Under the pieces are notes generated by a model, which was not told where the DNA came from, did no database searches, and was given only the letters and a program-made list of their open reading frames with translations. DNA of 55,726 nt, the filler included, from Fonticula-like sp. SCN 57-25 (taxonomy: Eukaryota): NCBI GenBank assembly GCA_001724245.1. It is 2 parts of 2 records of this genome, joined end to end, with 100 filler letters (N's around TTAATTAATTAA, not from the genome) between each part and the next. Parts side by side here need not be neighbours in the genome. Positions count along the whole stretch, not along the records: positions 31,457 to 55,726 come from MEDX01000063.1; 1 more part is not named here. One strand, written 5' to 3'. A program made the translations under genes and the position numbers. Below, piece by piece: positions 39,273 through 51,269 of this stretch (position 1 is the first letter of the stretch; the number at the start of each line of letters is the position of its first letter).

Positions 39273-40079
39273 TTACTGAATAGTACATTTGGACCCTTTT
39301 GACGTGGCAAACTTTTCCAAAAAGGCGATCTGCTTGCCGTTGAGGGCGCCCTTTCGCTGGCTGCGGATCAGCTCGACGGCGTCAAAGGGATCGAGGCCTT
39401 GCTCCACGAGCGCCGCCGCGACGAGCACCGGCGCGCGGCCCAGCCCAGCAACGCAGTGCACTGCTATCGTGGCGTTCGGCGCGGTCTCGGAGCTCGCGCC
39501 AACGCCATCGAACCGCTTGCGGCAGAGCGCAAAGAACGCCTGAAGGATGGCCTGCGGTGGCGGATCGCCGTCCGGAAACACCATTTCCTAAATGGTAGTT
39601 AAGCACGAGCAAGGGCATTGAAAACGCGTTCACATATCAAATAGAGAGGCAGGGAAAGAGTTCCGCCCTGTACGGTCTACAGAGATCGACAATAGCACAC
39701 TCACAAGGGGCACAACCAACATGATTAAGTTGATGACGTACGTGGACCATGATGCCCTGCGACTCTAGCCGCTCCTTTTCGTACGTCGGGTTGCAGAGGC
39801 GCACAACGTCCGTCACAGAGTACTTTTGAAATTCCTATTGAAAGCATGCAGCAGCGATCGGTCAGCGATGGTGCCTGACGGGCGCATGGGCATGGCATCG
39901 GCGAGGGCGCGCACCTTGAGGTACATGTGAAGGCTGGCGTCGCTCGGCGCGTCCATGATAAGAAAGCGCATGTTCTTGTGCTCGATGAACGCCGGCGGGT
40001 TGGCGAGGCCCACCTCGCGGTGGAACGATCCGAGGCTGTTGCCCGAGCGCCGCACAGACGCAAACGACACGTTGCTCAT
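39273..40079 (-). CDS. PTP4A: PRL (PTP4A) prenylated tyrosine phosphatase
   Basis: MRFLIMDAP, VVRLCNPTY, FPDG.PPP, AVHCVAGLGRAPVLVA and C-terminal CaaX CTIQ. Confidence 0.93.
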
Positions 40080-40365
40080 CGCAATAATAAAGAAATATAA
40101 GAGCGCAAGAAAGGAAAAAAGCTACAGAGGAAACGCGGCGATTACGCGTTTCCGGCACACTACCCTCTTTGCCTGCGACAGTTGAACGGGGCACAGGCAC
40201 GCGCAGATCTCAGGACATTCGCTGCAGTCAAAGAACCACCAACGATTTCTCGACGATTCCCTGAAGAACTGAAGCGAAGTGCGAAAAATCGCATGCGTTT
40301 TATATTACTTGAGGGGCATCCACAACAAACCTATTTTCACGCTTGGCGCTCCAGTAAAGCAAAGC

Positions 40366-42694
40366 ATGTCGTCTGCTGCCCTTCACCGCGCGAGCGGCGC
40401 GCAGCGCGCGGCCCTCCAGCGCGTCGTGTCCCGCGGCACCGCTGCCTATGCGTCGTCGTACGCCTATTTAATTGATCCTATTTTCTTTTATATCTTACCT
40501 TTCTGTGCTCCAGTACCAAGTACCTTGAGCCCGTGTCTCCGATCAACACGTACAAGTACCAGGCGTCGCTCCCTCGCCTCCCGATCCCCGAGCTCGACTC
40601 GTCGCTCAACAAGTACCTCTTGTCCGTGAAGCCGCTCCTGAACGCGTCCGACTATGCGACGACTTCCGGTTCGCCCCCGATCTTTCTTTTTCCTTTGCTC
40701 ATGCCGAGGTAGGCCTCGTTGATGCCTTCCGCAAGAACGAGGGCCCCGAGCTCCAGAAGGAGCTTGTCGCGCACGACAACGCCAACAAGCACACGAGCTT
40801 CATCTCTGGTACGCGCTCTCCCACCCGCGTGGCCTTGCTGACCTTTTTTGTATAGAGCCGTGGTACAACATGTACCTTTCGGATCGCGCTCCGCTCCCGA
40901 TCAACTACAACCCGCAGATCACGATGACGCCCGACTCTCGCCCCGAGAAAAACGTGCAGGCCGCGCGCGGCGCTGCGCTCATTTCGTCGGCGCTGCGCTT
41001 CTACCGCTCGCTGCACGACGAGGTGCTCGCGCCCGACGTGTTCCACACCAAGCCCGAGATCACCAAGTCGGCGTGGTTCAACAACCTGATGCGCCTCGTG
41101 CCGTCGTCGCTCGCGTACTACCCGGCGTACATGGCCGGCGGCTACGCCCTCGACATGAGCCAGTACAAGAGGCTCTTTGCGTCGACGCGCATCCCCGTCG
41201 CCAAGAAGGACATTCTCGAGAGCTTTGAGTCGTCCCACATCATCGTCATGCGGTACGTAGTGGTTTGGATATGAATGTAATCTTGTGCTAATTATGTCGT
41301 TTTGTGTCATTTTTGTGTCGTTTTTGTGTTGTTTTGTGTCTTTTTCTGTGCTTTTTGTGCCGCTTTACATCACTTTTTGTCACTTTCCCTCCATTTTCCC
41401 TCCATTTTCCGTTCTAACGCCTCGCAGCAACAACAACTTTTACAAGGTTGAGCTCAAGGGCGCCGACGGCGCCTGGATCGACGAGGCCAGCATCTCTTCG
41501 CAGCTCCAGGAGATCGTCTCCCGCAACGACCCCCCCGCGCAGCACGCCATCGGCCTCTTCACCACCGAGAACCGCGACAAGTGGGCCGCCGCTCGCCCCG
41601 GCCTTCTCGTACGATATATTTTATATTGCTTGTCTTTTTTAACAGCCTTTTTGCCGCAGTCTGGCAATGAAGTGAGCCTCCGCGCCGTCGACTCTGCCCT
41701 GTTCATCATGTCGCTCGACAGCTCCGCCGGCAAGTCGCTCGAGGCCACCTCGCGCCAGTTCCTCTTTGGCGACGGCCGCAACCGCTGGTTCGACAAGAGC
41801 TTCTCGCTTGTCGTCGACGCCGCCGGCAAGACCGCGATCAACTTTGAGCACTCTTGGGGCGACGGTGTCGCCATTGTGCGCTTCATGGACGAAGTCTTCA
41901 ACGACATGAAGCGCTCGCCCGTCGTCGCCGCCGCTGCTGCCTCGTCCGGCCCGCGCCCCGAGCTTCTTTCGTGGAAGGTGAATGCCGCGACTGCCTCTGC
42001 GCTGCAGGCGGCCGCCGAGCGCTTTGACGCCGACACTGCCGCCATGGACCTTCAGGTGACGACCACCGACGTGATGAGCCGCCGCGGCATCAAGGCCGCC
42101 AAGCTGAGCCCCGACGGCTTCATGCAGATGTCGTTCCAGCTCGCTCACTACCTGCTCAAGGGCAGCACTGCGACGACGTACGAGTCGGCGAGCACTGCTG
42201 GCTTCAAGCACGGCCGCACCGAGTGCATCCGCTCTGCCACGATTGAGAGCGCCGCCTTCACCGAGGTGTTTGCGTCAAAGACGTCGTCGCGTGCGGAGCG
42301 CGAGGCGGCGCTGCGCAAGGCCATCTCGCGCCACTCGGCCATCACCGCCGACGCCATGACGGGCAAGGGCTTTGACCGCCACCTGTTTGGCCTCAGGTTC
42401 ACGGCGCAGCGGCTCGGCAAGCCCGTCCCGGCAGTGTTCCAGGACAAGGCGTACCAGGTGATCAACCACAATGTGCTGTCGACCAGCACGCTCGGCTCGC
42501 CCGCGATTGAGCTCGGCGGCTTTGGGCCGGTTGTGAGGGACGGCTGGGGCATCGGGTACGGCATGGACGAGAACCACTTTAGGTTCAACATTACGAGCTA
42601 CATGGGCGCGGCAGAGTACTCGGAGGCGCTCGTCAAGGCGCTCACGCTCATGAGGGACTCGATCTTTGAGGCGCCGGGGGAGAAGAGCAAGTAA
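40366..42694 (+). CDS. CPT2: Carnitine palmitoyltransferase 2-like mitochondrial carnitine acyltransferase
   Basis: Basic presequence-like start, YQASLPRLPIP, NRWFDKSF, FEHSWGDGVA, YESASTAGFKHGRTE, GFDRHLF and GGFGPVV. Confidence 0.92.
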
Positions 42695-42988
42695 AGAGTG
42701 GCAGTGATAAAGTATTACCATGAGATTCAATAAAAGATGAAAATGCCAGAAAGAGGATTTGAAGTATAGAAAAGTGGTGAAGATGGGTCAAAAATGGCCG
42801 TTTGATGCCAAAGATGAGCAATAATGACATTTTTTGATAGCATTTTGATGTCAAGTGTGTCACTCCAATAAACCTTTTCTTTTGTCTCGGTCTAAAAGTT
42901 CATTATTGCTGCTCAAAACACCCTTCTTTTCACTATTCCGCGTCGCAATTCATATTCAGCATTTTATTTCACAGACTACTTTCACAGA

Positions 42989-43710
42989 CTACATCCCGTC
43001 AAAGTCGGAAATATCGACGGAAAACCCGCGCTCGGCGAGGACGCGCGTGCTGATCTTGTCCTTCTTCTCCTTGGCCTCGGCGCGCTTCTTGTGCAGCTCG
43101 ACCATCTCGGCGTACGGCCGCTTGATAAAGCCCATCGAGTTGAACTTTTCCACATCCTGGAGCGGCATCAGCAAGGGCGGAAACTATGTCGTTTGTGCGT
43201 ACCAGATCGCCCATGAGCGTGACGTTGTCACCACGAACAATGTACAGGCCGCGCTCCTCATCGCCGTACTCATTGCCAATTTGTATCCGCTCCACGGTGT
43301 GCTGCAGGATCATATTTGCTGCGGCAAGGTCAGTGATGGCGCAGGGAAAGGAGAGGTAGGCGTACCAAACTGATCGAACGAGCGGAAGTAACCGATAAGC
43401 TGCCGCCCATCACGCAGAAACACGACAAGAAGCTCTAGAGGAGCAGCGCAGTTAGCACGGCGGGCCGGCAAGCAAATAAGAAAAGAAAAGGATACGCACT
43501 ATCGAGATCGTCCTCGAGCGTGGCGGTGCCCGGAGGCAAGAAAAGCGGCTCGTTCGGACCCGGAAGGAGAAGGCCGCCAACGGGCTGCGGCGCCTGCGGC
43601 AGCGGCAAAACAACCCTGTTCTGCATCATGGGCTGCATGGGCGCGCCACCCTGCGGCGGGTAGCGCTGCTGCTGCTGCATGTGGTGATGCTGATGCGGCG
43701 CCCCGTCCAT
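42989..43710 (-). CDS. LSM1: Sm-like protein LSm1 with Q/P-rich N-terminal extension
   Basis: PGTATLEDDLD|KLLVVFLRDGRQLIGYFRSFDQF|ANMILQHTVERI..GLYIVRGDNV. Confidence 0.92.
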
Positions 43711-43860
43711 CGTTACGTCGGCACCCAACAACAATGTCCACGTGGATGAAAAGTATTGTCAGCATTACGGTAATCTTACCAATGCATGTCGACATTTCAA
43801 GCACAAGCGGCGATTCCCAAGGGATTCACAAGATAATAACATATTTTTCTATTGTACAGT

Positions 43861-45149
43861 CTATGATACAGGCGCTCCTTTGCGCGGCATGTCTATTGGG
43901 AGAAAAGGCGCGTATTTCCCCTCGTCATAGCTGATCACGACAAAGTCGCCGTCGCGCCGCGCATCACGCCGTATCGTGTAGATATGCTCGCGCCCCTCCC
44001 TCGCCACGTGGCTGCTTATTGCCTGCAACAGCCGCTCGCCAAAGCGGAGACACACGTTTGGGTCCCACGTGGCCCCGTGCACCTCGCGCGCCATTTTTGG
44101 CAGCTGACTCGTGCGGAACGTCTCGAGCTCGCGAAGGCGGCCCTCGGCGTCGCGGAAGCCGACCACGACCGACGGCACGCCAATGAGGAATGACTGCGCC
44201 CAGTACTTGAGCAGGCGGTGGCGGCGAAAGGACGTGTCGGCGCGGTCAGAGTCGAGCACGGCGGAAGTCTTGAGCTCAATGTAGGCGTCGGACGGCACGC
44301 GGGCCGACGGATCTGAGCAAGTCAGCAAAGTAAAGCAAAAGAGAAAAGAAAAAATACACGTAGAATAACGTAAAATATATGTAAAACTACTGCAAAATAC
44401 GGCCAAAATACACGTCCATAAACACAGTATCCATTCATCTATCATTGTTCACGGCAATCTTGCCTCTGATGCGCGTACCTGTGCAGTCGACTTCGGCGCC
44501 GAGGATGAGTCGGTGCGCGCCCAGTCTCGTCTTGACGACAGAGCAAAATTCCTCAGAGTTGTTGACGGGCTGCGAGAATGACGCGCGGCGATCCTCCCAG
44601 CTAGGCGCCTTGCGTTCATTGCACGTCATGAGCTGCTCAAATTTGTACCCCCAGTAGGTGGACCGCTCATGCGACGCGTTCGCAAACGAGTCGGGCCCCT
44701 TTTCTTCGCACATGTAAATGTGCCCGTCGACGCGGCAAGCGATAAACTCCCATGCGTCGGAGCTGAATGGCGTGCAGACAATCCGCGTCAAGATGCCGCG
44801 CCACGTCACAAAGCCGTCCGCTGTCGGGACTGCACACGCGTCAGCACACAGTCACAGCCTCACACAAGCATCACGTACTACCACTGAGCGACAACGCGCG
44901 GAGCAGGCTGTCCAGATGCTCCTGTCGATGCTCTCGCCGCTCGAATGTTGACAGTCCGTCGCTGAGGTCGGGGCACTCGGACAGCGATCGCGGCGGGTGG
45001 TAGTACTTTAACTTTACAGATCCCTCTAGAAACTCCCGCTTCTTATCGAGCGAGAACGTTGTAAACTCGTGCGGCTTCTGGAACGCCGGCGGCCCCGCGC
45101 CCGCGGCCGCGTCGTCCTCGGCGATGCGCACCCTCGCCTCGACCCCCAT
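43861..45149 (-). CDS. DXO: Rai1/DXO decapping exoribonuclease
   Basis: FVTWRGILT, YWGYKFE, EEFCSVVKT, LGAEVDC, YIELKT and LLKYWAQSFLIGV. Confidence 0.93.
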
Positions 45150-45240
45150 CAGCGGCAATGCCCCTCAAGTGCATTCCTCGCCAGAATCCGGGGTACAATC
45201 TACCCCTGACACGAACGCGTGAATTGCGTGTGGGGCAAGG

Positions 45241-46549
45241 ATGTCTGTGACCAAGCTCTGGCTGCGCGGCGAGGTCAAGCTGCATGAGCACCGCTCTGCC
45301 TTGACGCCCTCTGTGTGCGACACTCTTATCAAGAACGGCTTTGAGATCGTCGTCGAGCGCTGCGATCAGCGCTTTTTCCGCGATGAAGAGTTTTCGCAGT
45401 ACGCATTCCTGAGGGGGTTTTGCATCGCGATCTTACATGCCCGTGATTAGGGTTGGATGCCGCCTTGTCGAGAAGGGCACGTGGCGCACCGCTCCCCTCG
45501 ACTACACGATTGTTGGCCTGAAGGAGCTTCCCGAGAACGACGACACTCCCCTTGTCCATCGCCACATCTTTTTCGCGCACTGCTTCAAGCAGCAGGCCGG
45601 CTGGCGCGAGCTGCTCGGCCGCTTCGCCGCGGGCAACGGGTCGCTCCTCGACCTCGAGTTCCTCAACGACGAGTCGGGCCGCCGTGTCGCCGCTTTCGGT
45701 TTCTACGCGGGCTTTGCCGGCGCTGCCGTCGGGCTCGATCTGTGGTGCCACAATGCGTTGACGCAGCACGCAACGTACCCGGCGATCCGCTCCGTCAAGG
45801 ACGAGGACACGCTCGTGGGCACGCTCAAGGAGCGCCTCGCAAAGGTGTCGGAGGCCAAGGGCGCCGCGACGTTCCCCAGGTGCCACGTCATGGGCGCCAA
45901 GGGGAGATGCGGCTCGGGCGCCGTCGCGTGCCTCCGCAAGGCCGGCATCCCCAAGTACGCATTTTGGAATTGAAGTGTATCCTGAAGTGTGCTTTTAAAG
46001 CACTTTTTGAATTACTTTTTGACGTATTTACGTGTTTATTTCACTGTTTTTCTTTCTTTTGATGAGCATTTTCCTCTTTTCCCTTCTTGCTAACCCTTCT
46101 CTAGCGACCACATCATTGAGTGGGACATGGCCGAGACCGCCGCCGGCGGCCCCTTCCCCGCCCTCCTCGAGAGCGACATTTTCGTCAACTGCATCTACCT
46201 GAGCTCGCCCATCCCGCCGTTCCTCGACATGTCGCTGCTCGAGCGCGGCGGCCGCCTCTCGGTCATCGTCGACGTCTCGTGCGACGCCACCAACCCGCAC
46301 AACCCGATCCCGATCTACAACCGCAACACGACGTTTGACGATCCCGTCATCCACGTGACCGCCGCTGGGCAGTGCTACGACCTCGTGGCGATCGACCACC
46401 TGCCGACGCTGCTGCCGCGCGAGTCGAGCGACAGGTTCAGCAACGATCTGCTGCCGACGTTCCTCGAGCTAAAGAACTTTGAGGGGGCGCGTGTGTGGAA
46501 GGAGGCGCTCGCGCTCTTTGAGGCAAAGAAGAAGGAGGCGCTCGCGTAG
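45241..46549 (+). CDS. LYS1: Saccharopine dehydrogenase (NAD+, L-lysine-forming)
   Basis: LWLRGEVKLHEHRSALTP, GLKELP, HIFFAHCFKQQAGW, DLEFL..GRRVAAFG, GRCGSGA, DVSCDATNPHNP and IDHLPTLLPRESS. Confidence 0.96.
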
Positions 46550-47032
46550 GGTGGGAAAAGTGTAACATTTTGATACGAAATACATTCACTTTTTGGCTCT
46601 CAACACATAGTACCAATGGCATCCAGTTAAAAGTCCGACCTTTTGAAAAGGTTGTCTCTATGGATAGTGAAATGGTCGGTATCAGTCTGAATTCCGACAC
46701 CTGAAAATTTTCAAGAATTTACTACTTGTGCATCATTCAAACACGTTAGTACCACGCAAGTGTCCGCCGGCTGCGGCCACCGCGCAACCGCGCGCGGGCA
46801 CTGGCGCTTGCCGCGCGCTTTGCAGGGGCGTATCGTTACCATCCACGTGGTCTGATCCCTAATATCCCCTGTCACCCCAACGCTGGCTCTCGAGCGTCCT
46901 GGATGGCAAGCCCCCCAAGAAAGGAGCCACAGCGCAAACATTTGCCGTCGCTGGACGAGCACGAGGCTTTTTGGTACAACCGATCATGTTTCTTCGTCGT
47001 GCTGATCTAAACGGCCCTTCCTGCTGGTAGGC

Positions 47033-50000
47033 ATGACTGACTGGCAACCAAACCAGAATTCGACCAGCGAACGATTTCTGCACCTCGTCAAAGGTCAACA
47101 GGTGAAGGTCCCGGATTGCAGCGAACACGTTTGGGCGTCATTTCGTACTGAAGTTACCTGGTTTGACCACAAGGCCTGCGGAGTATGGAATCAAGAGGAC
47201 GACTTGCTCGTCGATCTAGTCGCCATGTACAACACTCCTTACGGCCGCACACAGCAACCGCGCACAACGGTATTCATCCTCCTGGGCAGCAAGCGCGAGC
47301 AAGGGGAGAATTTCTACCGCCTTGTAGGCCTGGGACCGGACGACAGTTTGGAAACCAAGAACCTTGAACAGGCAGTCGTACGTGGCTTTGCAATTCTTGA
47401 GCGTTATCCCTACTCACTACTCAAGACAGAATCGACTTGACATGAGGTTTGAACGCTTTGGCGTGGAGCATATTCAATTTGAAGGTCGTCAGTTTGGCCT
47501 GCTTTGGGCTTTGATTGATCGCGGCGTAGGACCGTTAATCTTGCGTAGTGATAGGAAGGTTTGGTACCGCGTTGGCAGTGGCAAAAAAGTTGCAGACGAA
47601 GCAAAGGTTAACGAAATTCGTGAATATTTTTTCAAGAGCATCACTGCTGATGCGGCTGTGCTGGAACGTGACCTCTTTTGGTCCGAGTTGACGCCGAATC
47701 GTCTACAGTCATGGGTTTGGGTTCTCGTCATTCCACCGCTCAAAGGGTCGCTGGCCCGCGATACCGAAACACTTGGCAGACTGGCTCGCGGCGTCGCGCG
47801 CCTTCCCTTCGTCCTCTGCATTGACTTTGACACAACTGCTCAATTTTACAACCTTGCCCGGCCAATGCTCAAACAGCTTTGGCGCCGGTTGGAGCTCAGT
47901 GAGAAGAATGAACCTATTATGTCGTTCGACGCGGATGAGCCGCGCTGGATCCACTTGCCTGCCGAGTCCTCCAGCAGCGTTGACCGTGAGAACACATTGT
48001 TTGACTTGGTCGGATGCCTCCGTCGCGGAGGCGAAAAATATGTATTTTTCTCGCCGTTCGCCATGCCTGCCGATTCCGATGCTATGAGAGCTTCTGACGA
48101 GGCTTCTGCCATTTGTGACGTTCATTTGGCGTTTCTTTCCGGCATTCACGCCTTGTTCACCTCGCACTACTTACTCGTTGTCGCTGATGACGAGCCACTC
48201 TCGTCGGACTATACTCTCTTGAAGAAACGCAGGAATACCTTTCTTCATTTTCAATATTCCGCGTGGCGCATTGGCACTATGCTGACTACCTCCACCTTGA
48301 ATGGATTTCGCGATATTGGCCGACCCGGCCAATTATCATCCCTAGAAGCTTTTCCCGGCGATGTTGCAACGCGCCTGACGCGATATTGTGAAGTCGTACA
48401 GCCGCTGCCTCGGCGTACGCTCTCAGCGCAGGACACTGAGGTTGCGCGGTCATTCTTTCGTGCTGAGATTCCGATTCCTTGGTTCCTCTGCAGTACGCCG
48501 GTATGCGTTGAGCGGGACGTGTTTCCGCACCTTCTTGCAGATGTTGAGCAACGCCTGAAGGATAAGAACTACACAACCGTTCTTATTCATCATGAGCCAG
48601 GCGCTGGCGGCTCGACCGTCGGACGACAGCTCATTTACCGACTTGCTCTCCAGGGTCATCTCTGCGTGCGCGCTAGGCCAGACGCTGAGGACTTGTCCGC
48701 TTTTCATAAAGTGCTCGAGATCGCAGCTAAGCATGCAGGTCATCTCATATGCCTGATCGATGATGAAATGCAGAGGCACCTTGGTCAGTACTGGGCTGTC
48801 CCGGGCGTGCTTTTTATAAACGTTGTGCAGTTCCCCGCTCACAACGCCAAAATGCATTCTCAAGTTTTGGAACGACTGAGCCGTTCAGAACGGGACAAGT
48901 TGTACACCGCCTTTGACGTTGCCATAAACGTTGGTCACGGCGATTTCGTGAACAGCAAACTTGCCGAGCTCGAAGCACTGGATCAGGAGCAATACTCCAT
49001 CTTCTACCTAATGTTGTGTGCGCTGGAACACGATTTCAAGGGACTTTCTTCCTACGTGACGTCGTATACGAAAGATTTGGACCCCCTGCAAGTCCGCGCT
49101 CTCACAGTGTTGGCTATTATTCGAAACTTTTCATCCCGCCCCCTTCCCTATTCCGCACTTAAGCATGCATTTCCCAGTGACAAGGTGGTACTTACCGCAA
49201 CGTTCGGCACCGCCGCACATCTTGTCTCGCTTCGTAAGGTAGCTCGCTCGCGTACCGGTGTCTATATTTGGAACCGGCTCGTAGCCGAGACAATCGCCCA
49301 TTCGAGAAAAACCGACTTGCTGCAAGCGTGCTTGGACCTCGTTGACATTTTGGCCACGGCCGGCCGCCGCTATGACGATGCGCGGACGCCAGAAGCTTAC
49401 AAGGCTCAGCAGCAGCTGATCACGGAGCAAATTCTGGGCGACGTCTTTCTCAACATCCCAATATCCACGTTTAGTACGGCTGCTTCGGGGCACCTACTTC
49501 AAACCATGGAGAATGATGACGTGAAAAAAGTCGTCGATAAGCTGCAGCAAGCCAGGAGCCACAGCAGCCGAGTCCACTTGGCTGCCGCCAAGATACATCA
49601 ATATCGCCTTCAAGACCTTGAAACTGCCCTACGCTTGTGTGACTACGCGCAGGCCGAGGTCGCGGATGGGGACTACGGTCATTTCGCACAGGTTATCATC
49701 ACTCGCGGGCATCTTAACTACAATGCCGCCCACAATATTCTGGAGACCACCTCTCCGACGCTGGCAAGTTTACCTGACGGCGTACGATTTGCGCGTGAAG
49801 CAATCCGTTGGTATGAGGAATATCGCCTATATCAGGTAACGCATGGTCTGTCGCAAGCAGAACAGGCGGATGGCTTCTTGGCCGACGTTAGTGTTCGCTT
49901 CAGCGTGTTCAAGGCTTACGCGTCGGTTTTCAAAGTTCTGGTCAAGGACGTGCGCAGTCATGCACAAAAGGAAGCCGCACAAGGAAATGATTCAGAATGG

Positions 50001-50931
50001 CTGCAGTTCGTCATTGAGTCGCCGATGCAAATGTGGACAGTTCTGGCTGGACTCCCGTCGTTCGAAAGTTACCTCGTGGACGACGCAATCGAAAAGATTG
50101 GCCGAGTCGAGGGTGCCAATAAAACACGTAATTTGCTCGATCGCGTCGCAAAGTCGCAGCAGAAGGATGTGCGTAAGCGTAAGTTGATGATTACCCTTGC
50201 TCGCTACTACGTTGAGCGCAATCATAAACTCGAGAACGGGCTGCTCAATGAAGTATTCGAGATGCTCGTCGAAGAGATCGACCAGAGCATGCGGGTATCT
50301 CAGCTTCGCGAGTGGCACATTCGCGCGCTTCTTTCGGTATGCGCAAGTTGTTCGCTTTAGTGTTGCTCGAGCTCACCCGTTTTCTTATTAGCTGGGTTGC
50401 CTGATGCGCACGAGTACGAAGGCAACGGTTGATTACGCCGAGGACGTCATCAACAATACTGTTGTTAGAAGCGCTTTCAAGTCGTTTGCTAAGCGCGGAC
50501 TGGTTTTGACGCGCTTTCTTCTTGGGAAGAGCACCTGCTCTGTGGGCGATATGAACTTCATCACAACGGAACTCAATTGCCCGAATACCCAGCTTGTTCG
50601 CGATTTTGATCTTCATTGGTTGTTCTGCCCGTCCGCGACACAGGTCCACACCACCACCCCTCATCTGCATCATATTCGTCTAGTTTCATCAAGTCTCAAA
50701 GACAACGAACTTCCCAGGCAGCTTGAGTTTGACGCTTTCGTCCATTATGTCGATGAAAAGTTGATTGACATTGATCTCTACGGAAAGGCGCGATCTAACC
50801 GTGCTCGCTTAAGGCTTCCATATCGTGACGCACGCTATGACGCGGGCTCCCTAATCCGGCAGGATGTCAAGGTCACCCTACGGTTTTCCTGGTATGGCGT
50901 CACACTTACGAGCCTTCGCCTTCTCGATTGA
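47033..50931 (+). CDS. SAMD9-like STAND NTPase (AlbA_2/Schlafen-like, SIR2-like, STAND, helical/TPR-like, OB-like), ~1263 aa; exons 47033-47377, 47430-50336, 50392-50931
   Basis: Two phase-0 introns (GTACGT..CAG; GTATGC..CTCAC..TAG) join three ORFs. Motifs DLVAMYNT..FILLG, VLCIDFD, SFFRAEIPIPW, VERD, HHEPGAGGST (Walker A), LICLIDD (Walker B), RLSRSE, GVYIWNRLVAE, FLLGK and VKVTLRFSWYG parallel SAMD9 as I recall it. Confidence 0.75.
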
Positions 50932-51269
50932 ATATGTGCAAGGCTCCACACCTAAAATGTCATTTTCAAACAATCGATTTGGCTACTCGAATAAAAATTA
51001 CCTGTTTCCAATAATTTTGGATTTTGCACGTCGAAAAAAGTAAATGAATGCGTTTCTTGTTTTCTAGTAACGCTGACTGTCGGCACAATTGATATGTTTA
51101 CTAATGATATGGTATTGGATCTATACACTGTAGTGTGTTTGCAAATGTATTGGTACACTTATTTAGAAAAAGGCGCATTCCTTTGAGCGCGTCACCTGCG
51201 CGTCACCGATTAACCAGATAAACCACCCAATGATCGATGGCCACGTGATCAGTCACGATTCGATCAGCA

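Noticed and set aside
47364-50404. Overlapping or offset ORFs of the SAMD9-like gene read as an operon or programmed frameshift
   Set aside because: Both offsets are resolved by canonical GT-AG phase-0 introns with branch-like CTCAC motifs.
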